NCBI GenBank assembly: GCA_050575255.1
Contig: JBNZDD010013687.1
Coordinates: forward strand, 1,338,751 to 1,402,750
Reading direction: 5' to 3'
Source of the DNA: Harriotta raleighana
Lineage: Eukaryota
Length of the DNA: 64,000 nucleotides
Made by a program: the position numbers and the translations under genes. The notes beneath the pieces were generated by a model. The model had not been told where the DNA came from, made no database searches, and was given only the letters and a program-made list of their open reading frames with translations. Of the stretch, positions 14,500 to 27,487 are shown piece by piece. Numbering within the stretch: position 1 is the first letter of the stretch; every line of letters starts with the position of its first letter.

Positions 14500-15330
14500 A
14501 CAAACCTATATCTATGGCCTTGAATTCCAGTTGTCCAATGTGGTTTCTCATTGGGCCGAATCATTCTTTCATCCTTTGTTCATCCTGAATGTATTTTAAC
14601 AAAAAGACATTTTTGTTTCTTTGGATATTAGCAACACTGTTATGTTTACTCGGCTGTTCTCTTAGCTTTGCTTTTACTTCAAAAAATTACTCTTGCTCAT
14701 CGTACCAATCCAACGAACTACTTGATCCTTGCATTATATATATATATATACATTTTTAAATCTATACTACTCCTTACCTTTCTGCTTTAATTCCCATTAC
14801 AGGTGTAATAAATTTACATTTTGGTCTCATTTTAAAGATTTCCTGCTTTGTTCCTGAAGATTTCACAAACATGCTGATGTTTTTAAGGAACGGTTCTTAA
14901 CTCATTTCACTGCATCTTAACATCTGCTTTTAAAAATATATATATATTTTGAATGGATCTCATTCCTACAGACATAGACCCAAATGATCACTGAATACTA
15001 GATGTTCCTCTCCCATATTTGGGACACCACTAAAGATTTGATCCAGATTACCCTCAGACCACAATGGCTGTTTGAAAAACCGTAAGGAAGCAATCCTGTT
15101 CTCCCTCTAGAAATCTGCATGCCTCATTAGTTTTTTTCTCTGCTGTGTTCCCAGTCAATACCTAGGTAATTGAAATTCCCCATGATTAATGTTCTCGCCT
15201 TTTTTCACACAGATTTCTCTTATCTGTAAAAACACTTCTCCATCTAGCCTCCTCTCCATATACAGGAGTCTATAAACAGCTATCTTCTTTGCTTTACTAT
15301 TCTTGGATTCCCGCTAAAACAGCTGAGACA
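14500..15330 (-). mobile_element. Decayed CR1 ORF2 AP-endonuclease region
   Basis: Minus 15195-15142 translates RTLIMGNFNYLGIDWEHS (cf. IMGDFNYP.IDW); an SDH codon run lies downstream at about 14985-14993. Confidence 0.7.
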
Positions 15331-15789
15331 CATATATAATCGATTTCTATGAATGCTATGTTCTCTGTCATCCATATTTCCATCCTTCCACGGGCTCTGC
15401 TTTCACTGTATTTTCAGTGGGTTTCAGTATTGCAGTCTCCCAGCAACATCTGGGGTTAAACTGACTTCTGTTATTCCAGTTACATTGCATTTTTCCTTCA
15501 AACACAGATTTTCAATTCTGCAGACGTATTTCTATATGCTTCTAGCATTAATATATAGTTCACAAATCCATGCTTTCAACTCGCATGTTAGCAAAATGGC
15601 AATATAATAAATGTGCCTTTACAGCTCTTCAGTGAGACTATCTTAATTTGATCATTGGGAATCAAAACCAGCATTTTATGAATTTTGTATATATATGGCT
15701 TGTAAAAGTTTGTTTCTTTTGAATATGGGCAAACTGATCAAATCCAAATTACACTCATGCTTTATAGTAGCGGCGATTTGTAAATTCTC

Positions 15790-16315
15790 TCTGTGGATCA
15801 CATGGAATATTAACTCCATCTTGCTGAGGGGCCTCATAAAGTTTAAACTCTTTCTGTACAATTAGGTGAGCAGAAGCAAGAGAGAGATTACTGCAGAGAT
15901 GAATAAAATGAGCTCATGTGCGTTTTAGATACATTTAGTATAACTATATATAAAGAGGTTAGATAGGGCTAGCAATGCTCACTCCATACATGTTCTATTA
16001 AATTCACAATTGCAGCAGGAAACTCTCTTAAAATTGGAAGAAACAACAACCACAAAATTACATTTTTTATAGCGCCTTTCATATTGGGGGGACATTCCGA
16101 CGAAGTAAGCCGGTTAACAGTAAACCAAAAGCTTGTGAGAATGTGGAATGAGCTGGGGAATCAAAGGAAAGAGAGACTTCGGAATGTAAGAGTGTTAAGG
16201 GACATATAGTTTAAAGAAACAGTGAGGAAATGCGATTAGAAAAAATACCCGCTATGAATTTCTAAAAATCCCTAGAAAAACACAGTGGGCCCAATTGCCT
16301 ACTCCTGTTCCTAAT
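15790..16315 (+). mobile_element. Decayed CR1 3' region with a nested L2 tail (16043-16100, minus)
   Basis: gtgagaatgtggaatgagct (VRMWNEL) and terminal gggcccaattgcctactcctgttcct like the CR1 3' UTR; acaacaaccacaaaattaca...agcgcctttca inserted inside. Confidence 0.6.
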
Positions 16316-19300
16316 ACCCCAGAAAAAATAGGAAATTGGAGAATTTTCAGCCAGCACAACATTGGGCACAACAAATCATCACAGGCAGAACAATAAAGGG
16401 GTTTATTATGACACTCCAGGATGTTCGTCATTCATTCAGCCTTGCCAAGAAAGAAAAGGAAGAAAAGAAATAGACAATGTGGGTTTGAGCTCTATGTAGG
16501 CTCAGTGCTCATCATAAATAATCACTGCCCTGACCTCAGTTATTTGGCTTTTGAATATTAAGCCTTTTCACATTTTGTTTTCACTTCACCAATGCTTAGG
16601 ATGTTGAGTAACACTTGTCTTAAAGGGGAAAAAGGATGTCAGGCACAGCAGTCCAACTAGAAAAGCAACGTGAAATAATTGCTATGAAAGTGTCTGGCTA
16701 GGATCAGGCCGCATAAAGGAAAAAATTTTTTTGAGAAGAATAAAATACATGATCTAAATGTTGAGGGCAGTTTTATTACCTTATAATAATCCTTACTTCT
16801 AACACAGCACTGCACAGCGCTCAGAGGACATCTCAAAGCACTTCATGTGATTTACTGTGAAATGTAGTGACTGTGAAAGGAGTTTGAAAGGATTGAGCTG
16901 GGAGCAGGATGTAGATCTGAATAGATTGGTATATTTTTCTATCTTCACCACGAAAGTGAACACTTTAATTCCAAACCTTAGGTTAAGAAAAAACATACGA
17001 CTTGTATCAAGTCGCCCAAACCATGTAAACATGCAAACTTATTACATCAAAGATTATTAAAACACTGTAAATTGTGTCTCCACCTGTTGTTAATTTACAG
17101 TCTTATCAAACTGGATGAATTTTTACAGAGTCAAGTTCTGGTCTCGGTGAGACTTTGTTTTAGTGAATAGCTGTCTTTACGTTTATGTTTGGACAGGTGT
17201 GGGCACCTTGACAATTACTGTAGATAATTGTTGCCAACACATCTATCCAGTAGCCCAGAGCCTCTCTGGCAGTCAAGAATGTTTCTCTACTTAATCAGAG
17301 AAACGACAGATCACAGTCCATGAATAGATTAGTTTTCAGGAAAGAAACAACTCAAAAACCAGGACAATTTTCATTGTTCCCACTGTTAGTTTTCGTTTCA
17401 TCAGGTGCCATGCTGCCTATCCTGTTCCCTCCAAAAGCCATGCATCATTCTGTATCGGAGAGCTTAAAACTTCTTTGTCGGCTTTGCCTATACCGATTTT
17501 GGAAACCGTAACCCAAGGTGGACTCATCCCTTCTCTCCCTTGTGCTTGTCTCTTGTGCCTTGGCTGTTACCTTAACTCAACGGTCAAGACTTTGCTTGAA
17601 GTACACGGTTCTACACGTCAAATTATTTCTACACAGGTTTGAGATTTGATTTCCTCCAAAAAGATGGAATCTGCACTTGATCACAGTCATCAGCATTTGA
17701 AGAAAACTGATTTGAAATCCAATTCAAATTCATTGTACAGTTCTGCCAGTCTCTGATTTCTCTGTCCTGTCTGCCCGTCATCCTATAATGGTTTCTTATT
17801 CCCTTCCATTTATAGTAAAGATATATATATTTAGATCCCTCTTGCTGCTATATACAAATATCTTTGTATTTATACAGCCATCCGGTGTTAAGAATGCTAT
17901 ATAAATGCAAGTTGTTGTTATATTGTCTTCTTACCCTTTGTAATCACTCACTTTATTATCCAAGGTTGATTTCATGTAACGCAACCTCACTGCGCCATTG
18001 CAAAGTGAATGAGAGAGATGCTTACTCCAGTGCAAACCACGCACCATTAACAGGAAGCACCTTTCAATTTGCAAAAGTTTGTGGACAAAAGGTTTATACG
18101 CTCCAGTTTAATTTTAACTTTATAATGTACCTTTCAGGAGACTTATTTTTAGGAATGCCCAAAATATGTTACAACAAAATCGTGGTAGGCGACATGTTCC
18201 TGCTCGATAAGAACCCACTTTGTCACTTACAGGCAATGTCTGGACACCTGCAGAATAAGAATATCAGAGATAGACTGGGCGCTGATTCATTTCCTTTCTG
18301 ATCTAAGCAAACAGCTCGTGCTAGAGCTGGTGGTTAGAAGAACAGCATTGTTTCAAAGGGTGTATCAGAAATTTCCTGAACATGGGTGTAGTGGTTTTAT
18401 TCTGCTTTTAAATGCAACCTATACAGTTGAGACTTTTGAGGGAAACACAAGATTCTAGGGAAAGAGAACAGCTGTATATGACAGATAAGGATTTGAAGAG
18501 GAAGTATTGGCGAAGGGACTTTTAGCTTAATCAATCCTACAAACCATTTCTCTGGCATTCAGGAAACTGCAACAAAGAATCATCAATACCAATTTACCAC
18601 AAAGGAAGTTTCAAACTTTTCACAGGAAAAAACATTCCATTCATAAACCTGTTTATGTTTTTGTTTTCTGATTCAAATTGGAGGGCTTCAAAGGGTTGCA
18701 GCTGATGATAAGGGAATGTGTGCACTAATTAAATCATATTTGCAATGTTGACATACAGTATTTAGAAGATAAGTGATGTCAACAGAATTTTTAGAACCAT
18801 CATTTTAAACACCCGAAAGCCTGGATTGAACAAATGGTATTGAGCTTTCTCTTTCCACACTCCACACACTTAAACCCTTCAATTGACTCTTTCCCTTCTA
18901 CTGATCTCCTCACTTCTAGGTTCCTACAGTTCATTCCTGGTCTCCATGGTATTGAAGCAGACCTATTAGTATCCCCATACCTTTTATCCCCTTCCTCAAA
19001 AATATACTAATCTAGCTCACTTTTTAAGATGTCTGAATTGACCCAGAATGAATCATTTTTTCCAGGGAAGCAAATGCTTGTCAAGTAACCACTAGTGGCA
19101 ATTGTAGCGGGCAGCCAACATCTAATAGCAAACACATGTACACTTTCATTGGGACAAATTTGGGCCAGAATGAGCCTAAAGGTGACCTTGGGTTCACAAT
19201 TTAGTCTGGAATTCCACAAACCTTGCCGTCTAGGCTTGATCTAACAACTTGTATGTGTATCCGGTATATCTCAGCTGGTAAGGATAAGGAAAGCATACAA

Positions 19301-19881
19301 ACACATCAGCTTCCATCAATCCCAGCACAGCAAGCGAAAGAGCAGCAGTTTTGTAATGTTGTTGATATAGTCTCTCCCTTTGCAAGGCCCTGAACCATTT
19401 CATTTTTTCCAACCTATTTGGCATGCTAATGAACAGGGAGATTGCATGTGATGCAAATAACATTGTCATATACATCTGTTCTCTTAAGGCATTATAACTG
19501 GCACAGAGTAGATGTTGGTCAATGAATACTCAAGTATATATGAACCATAGATTCGGGTGGTTCAGCCATATCCATTGGTACCAGTTCTCATTTCTATGAG
19601 CCACCAGTGAATGCATCTGAATTGCATTCACAATGGTACAGACGATATTTGATATTTAGGTTTAAATTGTCACAAAGCGTCCATATGAAGAGATACTGTT
19701 GTTCTTTTTACTGTTGCTGGTGTTGTCCTAATATTGATTTGTTGTTTTAAGACAACAATCACCAGATTTCTCCTCATTGAGGGGACTGTGTAGCCCTATT
19801 GCTGGCTTCTTCACCTACACTACGGCTTCAAAACAGAGCAGCAAGGCATCTTTCTTCGCTGTTGGGAGTGGTCCTCCGTGG

Positions 19882-19971
19882 TTACATTCTGTGCCCTTTA
19901 GCAGTTCTCTCTTTTGCATTTGACTTTACGTCACTGCCACTGTTGTGGGATTCCTGCTCTCTCTTTTTAAC
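19882..19971 (-). CDS. Candidate terminal coding exon of an unidentified minus-strand gene
   Basis: Acceptor cactaaataattgctttgtttcag|G; phase 0 gives VKKREQESHNSGSDVKSNAKERTAKGHRM*, phase 2 gives LKRESRNPTTVAVT*; purine-rich; no homology recognised. Confidence 0.4.
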   Translation of the reverse strand, partial: VKKREQESHNSGSDVKSNAKERTAKGHRM

Positions 19972-20257
19972 CTGAAACAAAGCAATTATTTAGTGAAAGG
20001 GCTACTTCCATAGTTTCTTGCAGGCTGCTAGTTTTGGGCACAGTTTGCTGTTTAATAAATCACAGATCTTTATTTGATTCTGTCATCCGTCAGTGGTTCC
20101 ACCTCTGAGTCTTGAAGGCACTTCCCTTGCTGCCTTGACAGCTTGTTATTTGCTCCTCTTCGTCTTTTTTGCATCTATTCTACAAGCATTGTTGCTGTAC
20201 CACAGTCTTCAATGTAAAAGGTCAATTACCTTATTAACATTTCATTTGCATACTCAC

Positions 20258-20325
20258 GCTGCTTGATGGCAGTTTACTTCTTGATTGGTTTTAAGCAAAC
20301 GACTACCGCCAGAGCTGATGTCAAA
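20258..20325 (-). CDS. Candidate 68-nt internal exon
   Basis: Acceptor attgctttctttactag|, donor AGC|gtgagt; phase 0 is open (FDISSGGSRLLKTNQEVNCHQA) and joins the 19971 exon in phase 2. Confidence 0.4.
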
Positions 20326-22342
20326 CTAGTAAAGAAAGCAATGCATTTATTTGCAGGGCAACAATAACTCTGCATACACAACCGGCTTCCTTACCCTAAC
20401 GCATCTGTTGTACCTGTACAACCAAGCATTTAACATCAAGCTGTAAAAATTATACTTTGAAATCTAGTGAACAATCCGATGTTATATAAAAATATGGCAG
20501 TCAGCAAAAGCACTACTACAAACTTAGTGTGTTCAGCATCTCTGGTGGATTGAGACTGCATTTAGTTCAGCAATGAATTTTGAGGTAAGGTAGAATAACT
20601 ATACATTTTAACTCCTCTATAGGGATTGCGCAGTATTTAGTGCTTCAGATCCTATGATGCTCAACCAATGCTGTTAGGCATAATTGTTATGGAACCACTT
20701 TCAGTGCCTTGGTGCTAAAGGTTACACATATATTGATTATTATACCATATTTGTTTTTTGCCTCATATTACAATGATACAAATACACAAAAAAGCTGGAA
20801 GGGCTGTAATGGTATAAAGGTGAGATTAGAATGATACAAGCACTGCTACATTTATACGCTTTCCCACTGAGATGAAGCTGAAACAGATACTGTGTTGGTG
20901 CAAACTTGCACAGTGCGGCGGATTCCCTAGGGATTTGAATGACAGTTCACTGGATGAAAAGAGAAGCTTATTACTGAAAAGTACCTAGATGGTAGTAACA
21001 AAACTTGTAAGAGGAGTTTCCAAATTATGTTACCTCTGCTCAAGAAAGCAGGAATGAGGCTAATACCATGTGTAATTTATTTCTACTGACTGTATAAAAT
21101 CTCCCTTTTCAATAGATTTTCTTACATAAAACTGCAATTCACATTTCCTGTGGTTAAGTTTACAGCCACAGACTCTTTTACTTCTTTTTATTCTCATCAT
21201 ACAAAAAGCACTTGAATTATTGATGGCCTGTATTTTAGTATGTGAATCTCATACTACTTTGTTGTCTATATTTGAAGGCATATATTGAAATTATCGGGCT
21301 TTGAAACACGCTTTACTATCGATAATTTATATGGTCCATGTCTACATCAAAACCGTTGATTGTCCTTAAAGCTACTTATTTGTTAACTTCATAAACATGA
21401 AGCAATTATCTTCTTTGTCGTTCGTATATTTTTCATCATTGTAAAGCTTGGGTAATAGGGCTGTGTATAAATGTTCTAAATAGCATGTTCTCCAGTTCAA
21501 TTTGCATCCAATTGTGCCACATATTCATCTATAGCAGCCCTCAAGATCATCCATAATGGAACACCTACAATCTGCTGAAGAACCACCAATCCCTGCAGTT
21601 TGAACTTACTGCTGTAATGATACAAGGTGGGGATTTTTCATTACTACCTGCTACCCTAGTAGATCGCATTGATAAACACACAAATTATACTACATTTAGG
21701 GTTGCTGTGAGTATTCCATTAGACTGACTAGAGGAATTGGACACTGTAGTTTAGCTGTAACTTGACCATGACAGAAAGCCGGCTCATTGCTTCTAGAACT
21801 ATAGTGCCATTGTGTTGTTATTTCCAGAGGAACTGATTGTGAAAATAAACAGGGCTAATGGGATAGGATTTCCCCCCAAGAAGATCCATTTATGAAGCAG
21901 AACCCTGCAACAAAACACAATTGAAGACACCGATGTTATAATTTGAAGGTGACTTCACTCTAACTTTCCCTCCATGCTAATCATGTGAGGGCTGAAATTC
22001 CTGTCAGTGTTATGAGTAGAAGCATTGTTGTGTTCCTGATTGCACATCCTCGTGATTATGTCATGCAGGCCCAATAAAAATTTCCTCCTTCACACTTATA
22101 TGTTAGAATAAAGATATGCCAATACTTTCAACTAAACATGTGAATATTTTTATTGATGACAGCATGGATACTCCAAGTGCAACCGTTTCTGCGGTATTTT
22201 TCCAAGAAGGTTTACACAGTGATAGTCTCGGAAGACTAGCGACTTAAATCAGGGTGGCCAGATTTCCTATTTGAGAAAGGTCCGCGAGCTACAGTCTTTC
22301 TCTCTCACTCCCACTTTCTCCCCTTTCATACCTCCCTCTCCC

Positions 22343-22364
22343 CCTCTCTCTCTCTCTCTCTCTC
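22343..22364 (+). repeat. (CT)n microsatellite in a pyrimidine-rich tract
   Basis: ctctctctctctctctctctc directly visible. Confidence 0.9.
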
Positions 22365-23034
22365 ATTGAATCACTCTCTCCCCTCTTTTTTCCAGTTCAT
22401 TATTTTAAGAAGACTTTTGAAATGAATAACGATTGCAGACCTTTGAATCTTTTAAAATGTGTTCAACAGTGATTTAACTATACAAGCAAGAGTGCAGTGG
22501 AAACTTGTTAATATTATGTGTTTTGAATAAAATTTGGTACCTTTCATAAAAGTTACCATGGTACTCATTTTCTTTCTTCTTAAGTTGCAGCCAACCCTTC
22601 GTAATATAAACCATGATCGATTTCATCCCATTAATTACACTTCATCAGGCAGCAGAATGTTTGTATTGAAGGAAATGGGTAAGATGATGGAACTGAGGGT
22701 CTGGACGAGATGGCAGGACACAAAATTGCATAAGATTGAGATATTTATCAACAGAAGGAGACTAAAAAGAGTGTGGTATTGGTGAATTGAAAACAAGGAC
22801 AAATCAGCTTTTTTGTTAAAATTAAAAATGTCATAACTGGGACTACAATAGAGAAGGATTTCGTCTTTTATGCAGTAACACTTACATAGAACAGACTCCA
22901 GAAAGCCAGTTGATGTCGGGTGGATTCACTCCTTCAAGATTGGATAGGTTTCTGCTCAACAGTTCTTAAAACCACACTAGTGATTGCTGAGAGTTATTTT
23001 TGAAAGAACTAAAATCACTTCAATGGCTTTCCAG

Positions 23035-25431
23035 TAAATAGCAACTTGCATAAATTCTAAAACAGCATGGAACAAACCACTTTCCCAAAGGCATTAAATC
23101 CAATGACATCTCTGCATCATGATCAACACCAAATGGCCTACAATTCAAGTACTGTAAGGCTGCTTATTATTTGTCTCAGTTTATTTAATAAAAGCTTATA
23201 ATGATCAAGGCCGCTAAAATGTGCTGTTTTAGGATGTCAGAGTGAGATGTAAAAGGACAGTGATGCTGTATTGAGGATGATTTTATAATAGTTGGCAGCA
23301 TCAATTCACAAACTCACACTGTGAGTTTTGATCACTGAAAGCATACATTATCTTTTGTGAATAGGGGTTAAACATTCTCTTTTCCTCATACAAACCTATT
23401 TCCTCCTCTGTATATTGAAAAACAACTGAAGCTTCCAGATGCTTGCAAGATCGCTTTCTACAACCCAATTCATTCATTAAAGGCCCTCCCTGATTTATAA
23501 TAGTGATCTGGAGAAGGAGGCAGCTTTGCAAATGTGATATTCCACAAAATAATAGAATTAATTATTATTATTAAATAATATCAGGATGAGACTTTATTCC
23601 TCAATTTCTCAGCCCTGCTTGAAATATTTTGTTCTATTTCTCTGAATCCAAAGTATCCGCCTGCATTTTTATATAAATCTCACATTTAAATTTTCTTCGA
23701 AGCAAATTTAATTCAAAACAAACAATTTTGACCCTTTCCAGACAAAAGGTGCCATTATTATCTCGCAACTCATTATTTCGACTCATCAGCCTCTGAACCT
23801 TTTATTGTCCCATGTCACTCATTGCACTGATTGAATTTTTTTTTGATGAGTGTGCAGGCCATTGGTTTGAAAGCTGCGAAGCTCTAGAGTCTGAAAATCA
23901 GTATACAATAATCAATCGAGATTTCTGCAGTGCCTATCACTGTAGTTATTTAAACATTTTCATTACATTGGCAATTTAAGGAGACCACTAGTCTTTTTCA
24001 GAGCTTTCAATAAGGCTATGCACTGGACTCATTAAGCTACCATGGGGTATACAGTTTGATCTGAACACACTGTGCAAAACAACAAGTAGTGTTTAATGCA
24101 ACGCCTTTCTGTGCAATGCAATACAAAATGTACAGGAGGTGATTTGATTACAAAGGGAGCAACAAGTAGCTCAGTTGCGTTGCTTTACTAATGGTTATTA
24201 AAATCATTGTAATTCTCAAAGTAATAACAAATNTAAATAGCAACTTGCATAAATTCTAAAACAGCATGGAACAAACCACTTTCCCAAAGGCATTAAATCC
24301 AATGACATCTCTGCATCATGATCAACACCAAATGGCCTACAATTCAAGTACTGTAAGGCTGCTTATTATTTGTCTCAGTTTATTTAATAAAAGCTTATAA
24401 TGATCAAGGCCGCTAAAATGTGCTGTTTTAGGATGTCAGAGTGAGATGTAAAAGGACAGTGATGCTGTATTGAGGATGATTTTATAATAGTTGGCAGCAT
24501 CAATTCACAAACTCACACTGTGAGTTTTGATCACTGAAAGCATACATTATCTTTTGTGAATAGGGGTTAAACATTCTCTTTTCCTCATACAAACCTATTT
24601 CCTCCTCTGTATATTGAAAAACAACTGAAGCTTCCAGATGCTTGCAAGATCGCTTTCTACAACCCAATTCATTCATTAAAGGCCCTCCCTGATTTATAAT
24701 AGTGATCTGGAGAAGGAGGCAGCTTTGCAAATGTGATATTCCACAAAATAATAGAATTAATTATTATTATTAAATAATATCAGGATGAGACTTTATTCCT
24801 CAATTTCTCAGCCCTGCTTGAAATATTTTGTTCTATTTCTCTGAATCCAAAGTATCCGCCTGCATTTTTATATAAATCTCACATTTAAATTTTCTTCGAA
24901 GCAAATTTAATTCAAAACAAACAATTTTGACCCTTTCCAGACAAAAGGTGCCATTATTATCTCGCAACTCATTATTTCGACTCATCAGCCTCTGAACCTT
25001 TTATTGTCCCATGTCACTCATTGCACTGATTGAATTTTTTTTTGATGAGTGTGCAGGCCATTGGTTTGAAAGCTGCGAAGCTCTAGAGTCTGAAAATCAG
25101 TATACAATAATCAATCGAGATTTCTGCAGTGCCTATCACTGTAGTTATTTAAACATTTTCATTACATTGGCAATTTAAGGAGACCACTAGTCTTTTTCAG
25201 AGCTTTCAATAAGGCTATGCACTGGACTCATTAAGCTACCATGGGGTATACAGTTTGATCTGAACACACTGTGCAAAACAACAAGTAGTGTTTAATGCAA
25301 CGCCTTTCTGTGCAATGCAATACAAAATGTACAGGAGGTGATTTGATTACAAAGGGAGCAACAAGTAGCTCAGTTGCGTTGCTTTACTAATGGTTATTAA
25401 AATCATTGTAATTCTCAAAGTAATAACAAAT
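23035..25431. repeat. 1198-bp direct duplication (23035-24232 = 24234-25431) around a single N; probable assembly artefact
   Basis: Identical ORFs at 23301 and 24500 (offset 1199); same T9 run in both copies; N at 24233 lies exactly at the junction. Confidence 0.95.
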
Positions 25432-25592
25432 AATAATCATCCTTGCATTTGATACATGTCTTCTAGATGTCTCAAAGCGCTTCACAGAATATACCGTAAA
25501 GTGAATTGACTGTAAACTTGTGGGCGAAACACGGCAGCCTATTGCATACAGCTGTAGAAGGAAATGACCAATTTATTCTTATTATTTTTTGG
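25432..25592 (-). mobile_element. 3' half of the tRNA-SINE family
   Basis: atccttgcatttgata...ctcaaagcgcttcacagaatata...gtgggcgaaacacggcagc is the reverse complement of the 12600-12757 type sequence. Confidence 0.85.
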
Positions 25593-25658
25593 AAGGCCTC
25601 TGGAAAGTAAATTGACTGGATATTTTTGTGGTCAACATTGTATAAATTGTTTCGCCCA

Positions 25659-25820
25659 CACCAACAAAATTACACCTGTATAGCGCCTTTCATATCAGGA
25701 AGACATCCCAAGGTGCTGAAAGCACACAATCCATCCACTTTCCAGTATATACTGTGAAGCACTTTGAAACATCTTGAAGACATGATAAGGCACTATCAAA
25801 TGCAAGTATTATTATTATAA
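25659..25820. mobile_element. L2 tail (minus, 25659-25715) adjacent to a SINE tail (plus, 25735-25820)
   Basis: caacaaaattacacctgtatagcgcctttcatatcaggaagacatcccaaggtgct, then ctgtgaagcactttgaaacatc...aaggcactatcaaatgcaagtattattatt. Confidence 0.75.
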
Positions 25821-25859
25821 ATTGTCTACAAAGAAAATAATTATTAACGTGGGTTCTAG

Positions 25860-26240
25860 TTGCATATCTGGAGATAGATACAAGGAAGAAGCGAATACTG
25901 CATGTGAAAGCTTAATTAAAATGTAAAACAAATTGAAGGAAGCTTTTGGATGCTTAAATGTGGAGATTATCAGATCAGCAATAGAAAAAAAAATCACAGA
26001 AGAGAAATTACATGTACAATGAATAAACATTGCATAGGTTCCATTATAAATAAATACATCAATTGCACCAAACAGTGTGATTTGCAACTCCAAACCTGAA
26101 TGATTCCTAAACTAATATTACTTAGATTAACCACAAAAGACTGAAACTAAAACTCCTTCAAGTTTAAGATGAAGAGATAGCATGAACTAATAAACTGCAG
26201 AACAGGCTAGATGAGCCGAAGAGGCTACACCTATTCCCAT
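25860..26240 (+). mobile_element. Very decayed CR1 3' end
   Basis: gaagcttttggatgcttaaatgtgga...actccttcaagtttaagatg...acaggctagatgagccgaagaggctacacctattcc resembles the CR1 C-terminus and UTR. Confidence 0.45.
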
Positions 26241-26999
26241 TAAAATTCTGCATTCAATTTTGCACAGGCCATCGCATTTGCTTGTCTCCATATTTTTTAA
26301 GAGTGGGCACACACCCAGCCAATGAGGTGAATTGTGAGATTAATTCAGTATTTAATCTGTTACAAATTAGGAACCTGTTTTGAATCTGTTACAATTATGC
26401 AATCTGGATTCTGCAGTAGTGAAAGCACAACTTTCACTTGCCATTTCATAGAGCGATTTAACAGACAGGTTGTTGAAAATGTCAGCTACTAGTATTCGGA
26501 GAAATTAAAAGGTGCTGAACTGATACCCAACTGTGCCTGAAGGAAGCTCAGTGCTGAATCTTCAATTATACTGTCTTAGCAAGTAATCAACTCTTTCTGC
26601 TTAAGTTTTTTCCTGAAGTCCTCATGACAACGACATTTCCTTTTAAACATTTTTTTCAGCCACAAGAATTTTTGTACTTGCGATTTTAGAATAGGTGACA
26701 TTAACTTTCTTTAGTATGGTGTTTCAAATGTAAGGATTGAATCTATGAAATGGACTTTTTTGTTTCCTCCTAAAAATTCACTTTTATAGTTCCAGAATTC
26801 CAGCAGCTGGCATATGCAACAACCTGTCTGTTAGCTGTTTGGACCTTTTTAGCAGAAAGTCTAGCGGCTTTGCGATTCGCCATTAACTGAGAGCTGCTGT
26901 TTGTGCAGCTGCTGATCAGAGTTACAGTAGTACAGTACAGTACACACATTATTAGCAGGCACGCAGTTACACCTAAACATGCCAGTTAATGCTACGGCC

Positions 27000-27125
27000 C
27001 TTCAAACAAAACTCACCCACAAAATACATACAGTCATATCACTTAACAGTATATTCTGCTAATCGCTTTGAAATGTTTTGGTGACATGAAAAGGTATTGT
27101 ATCAATGCAAGGATTTTTATTATAT
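27000..27125 (+). mobile_element. SINE 3' fragment
   Basis: cccacaaaatacatacagtc...cagtatattctg...gctttgaaatg...caatgcaaggatttttatta. Confidence 0.7.
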
Positions 27126-27375
27126 GTTTTATGGAAATTAACTCTTATTCATACTGGTGCTTGTTCAGTAGTTACTGTATGTTGCCAATGTGAACAAGGG
27201 AATAAGAGAATGCCCAGAGCTGGTAATTCTTATGTGTGTAGAGATTATAAAACAATCTTTGACAAAAACAAGAAATAAACATCTAGCGCTTTACTACATA
27301 GTTAGTCAGAACATAGCAAGGGTGGGGTGGGTGTTATCTAACCTCATTGAGAGCAGATTGTATTTTCCCCAAGTG

Positions 27376-27487
27376 GGCCCACAAATAGACAGTCAATTCA
27401 CTTTACAGTATATTCTGTGAAGAGCTTTGAGACGTCTAGAAGACACGAAAAGCGCTATATTAAACTGCAAGCACTATTTATTATTTT
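27376..27487 (+). mobile_element. SINE 3' fragment
   Basis: gcccacaaatagacagtcaattcactttacagtatattctgtgaagagctttgagacgtctagaag...aagcgctata; close to 12644-12757. Confidence 0.85.
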
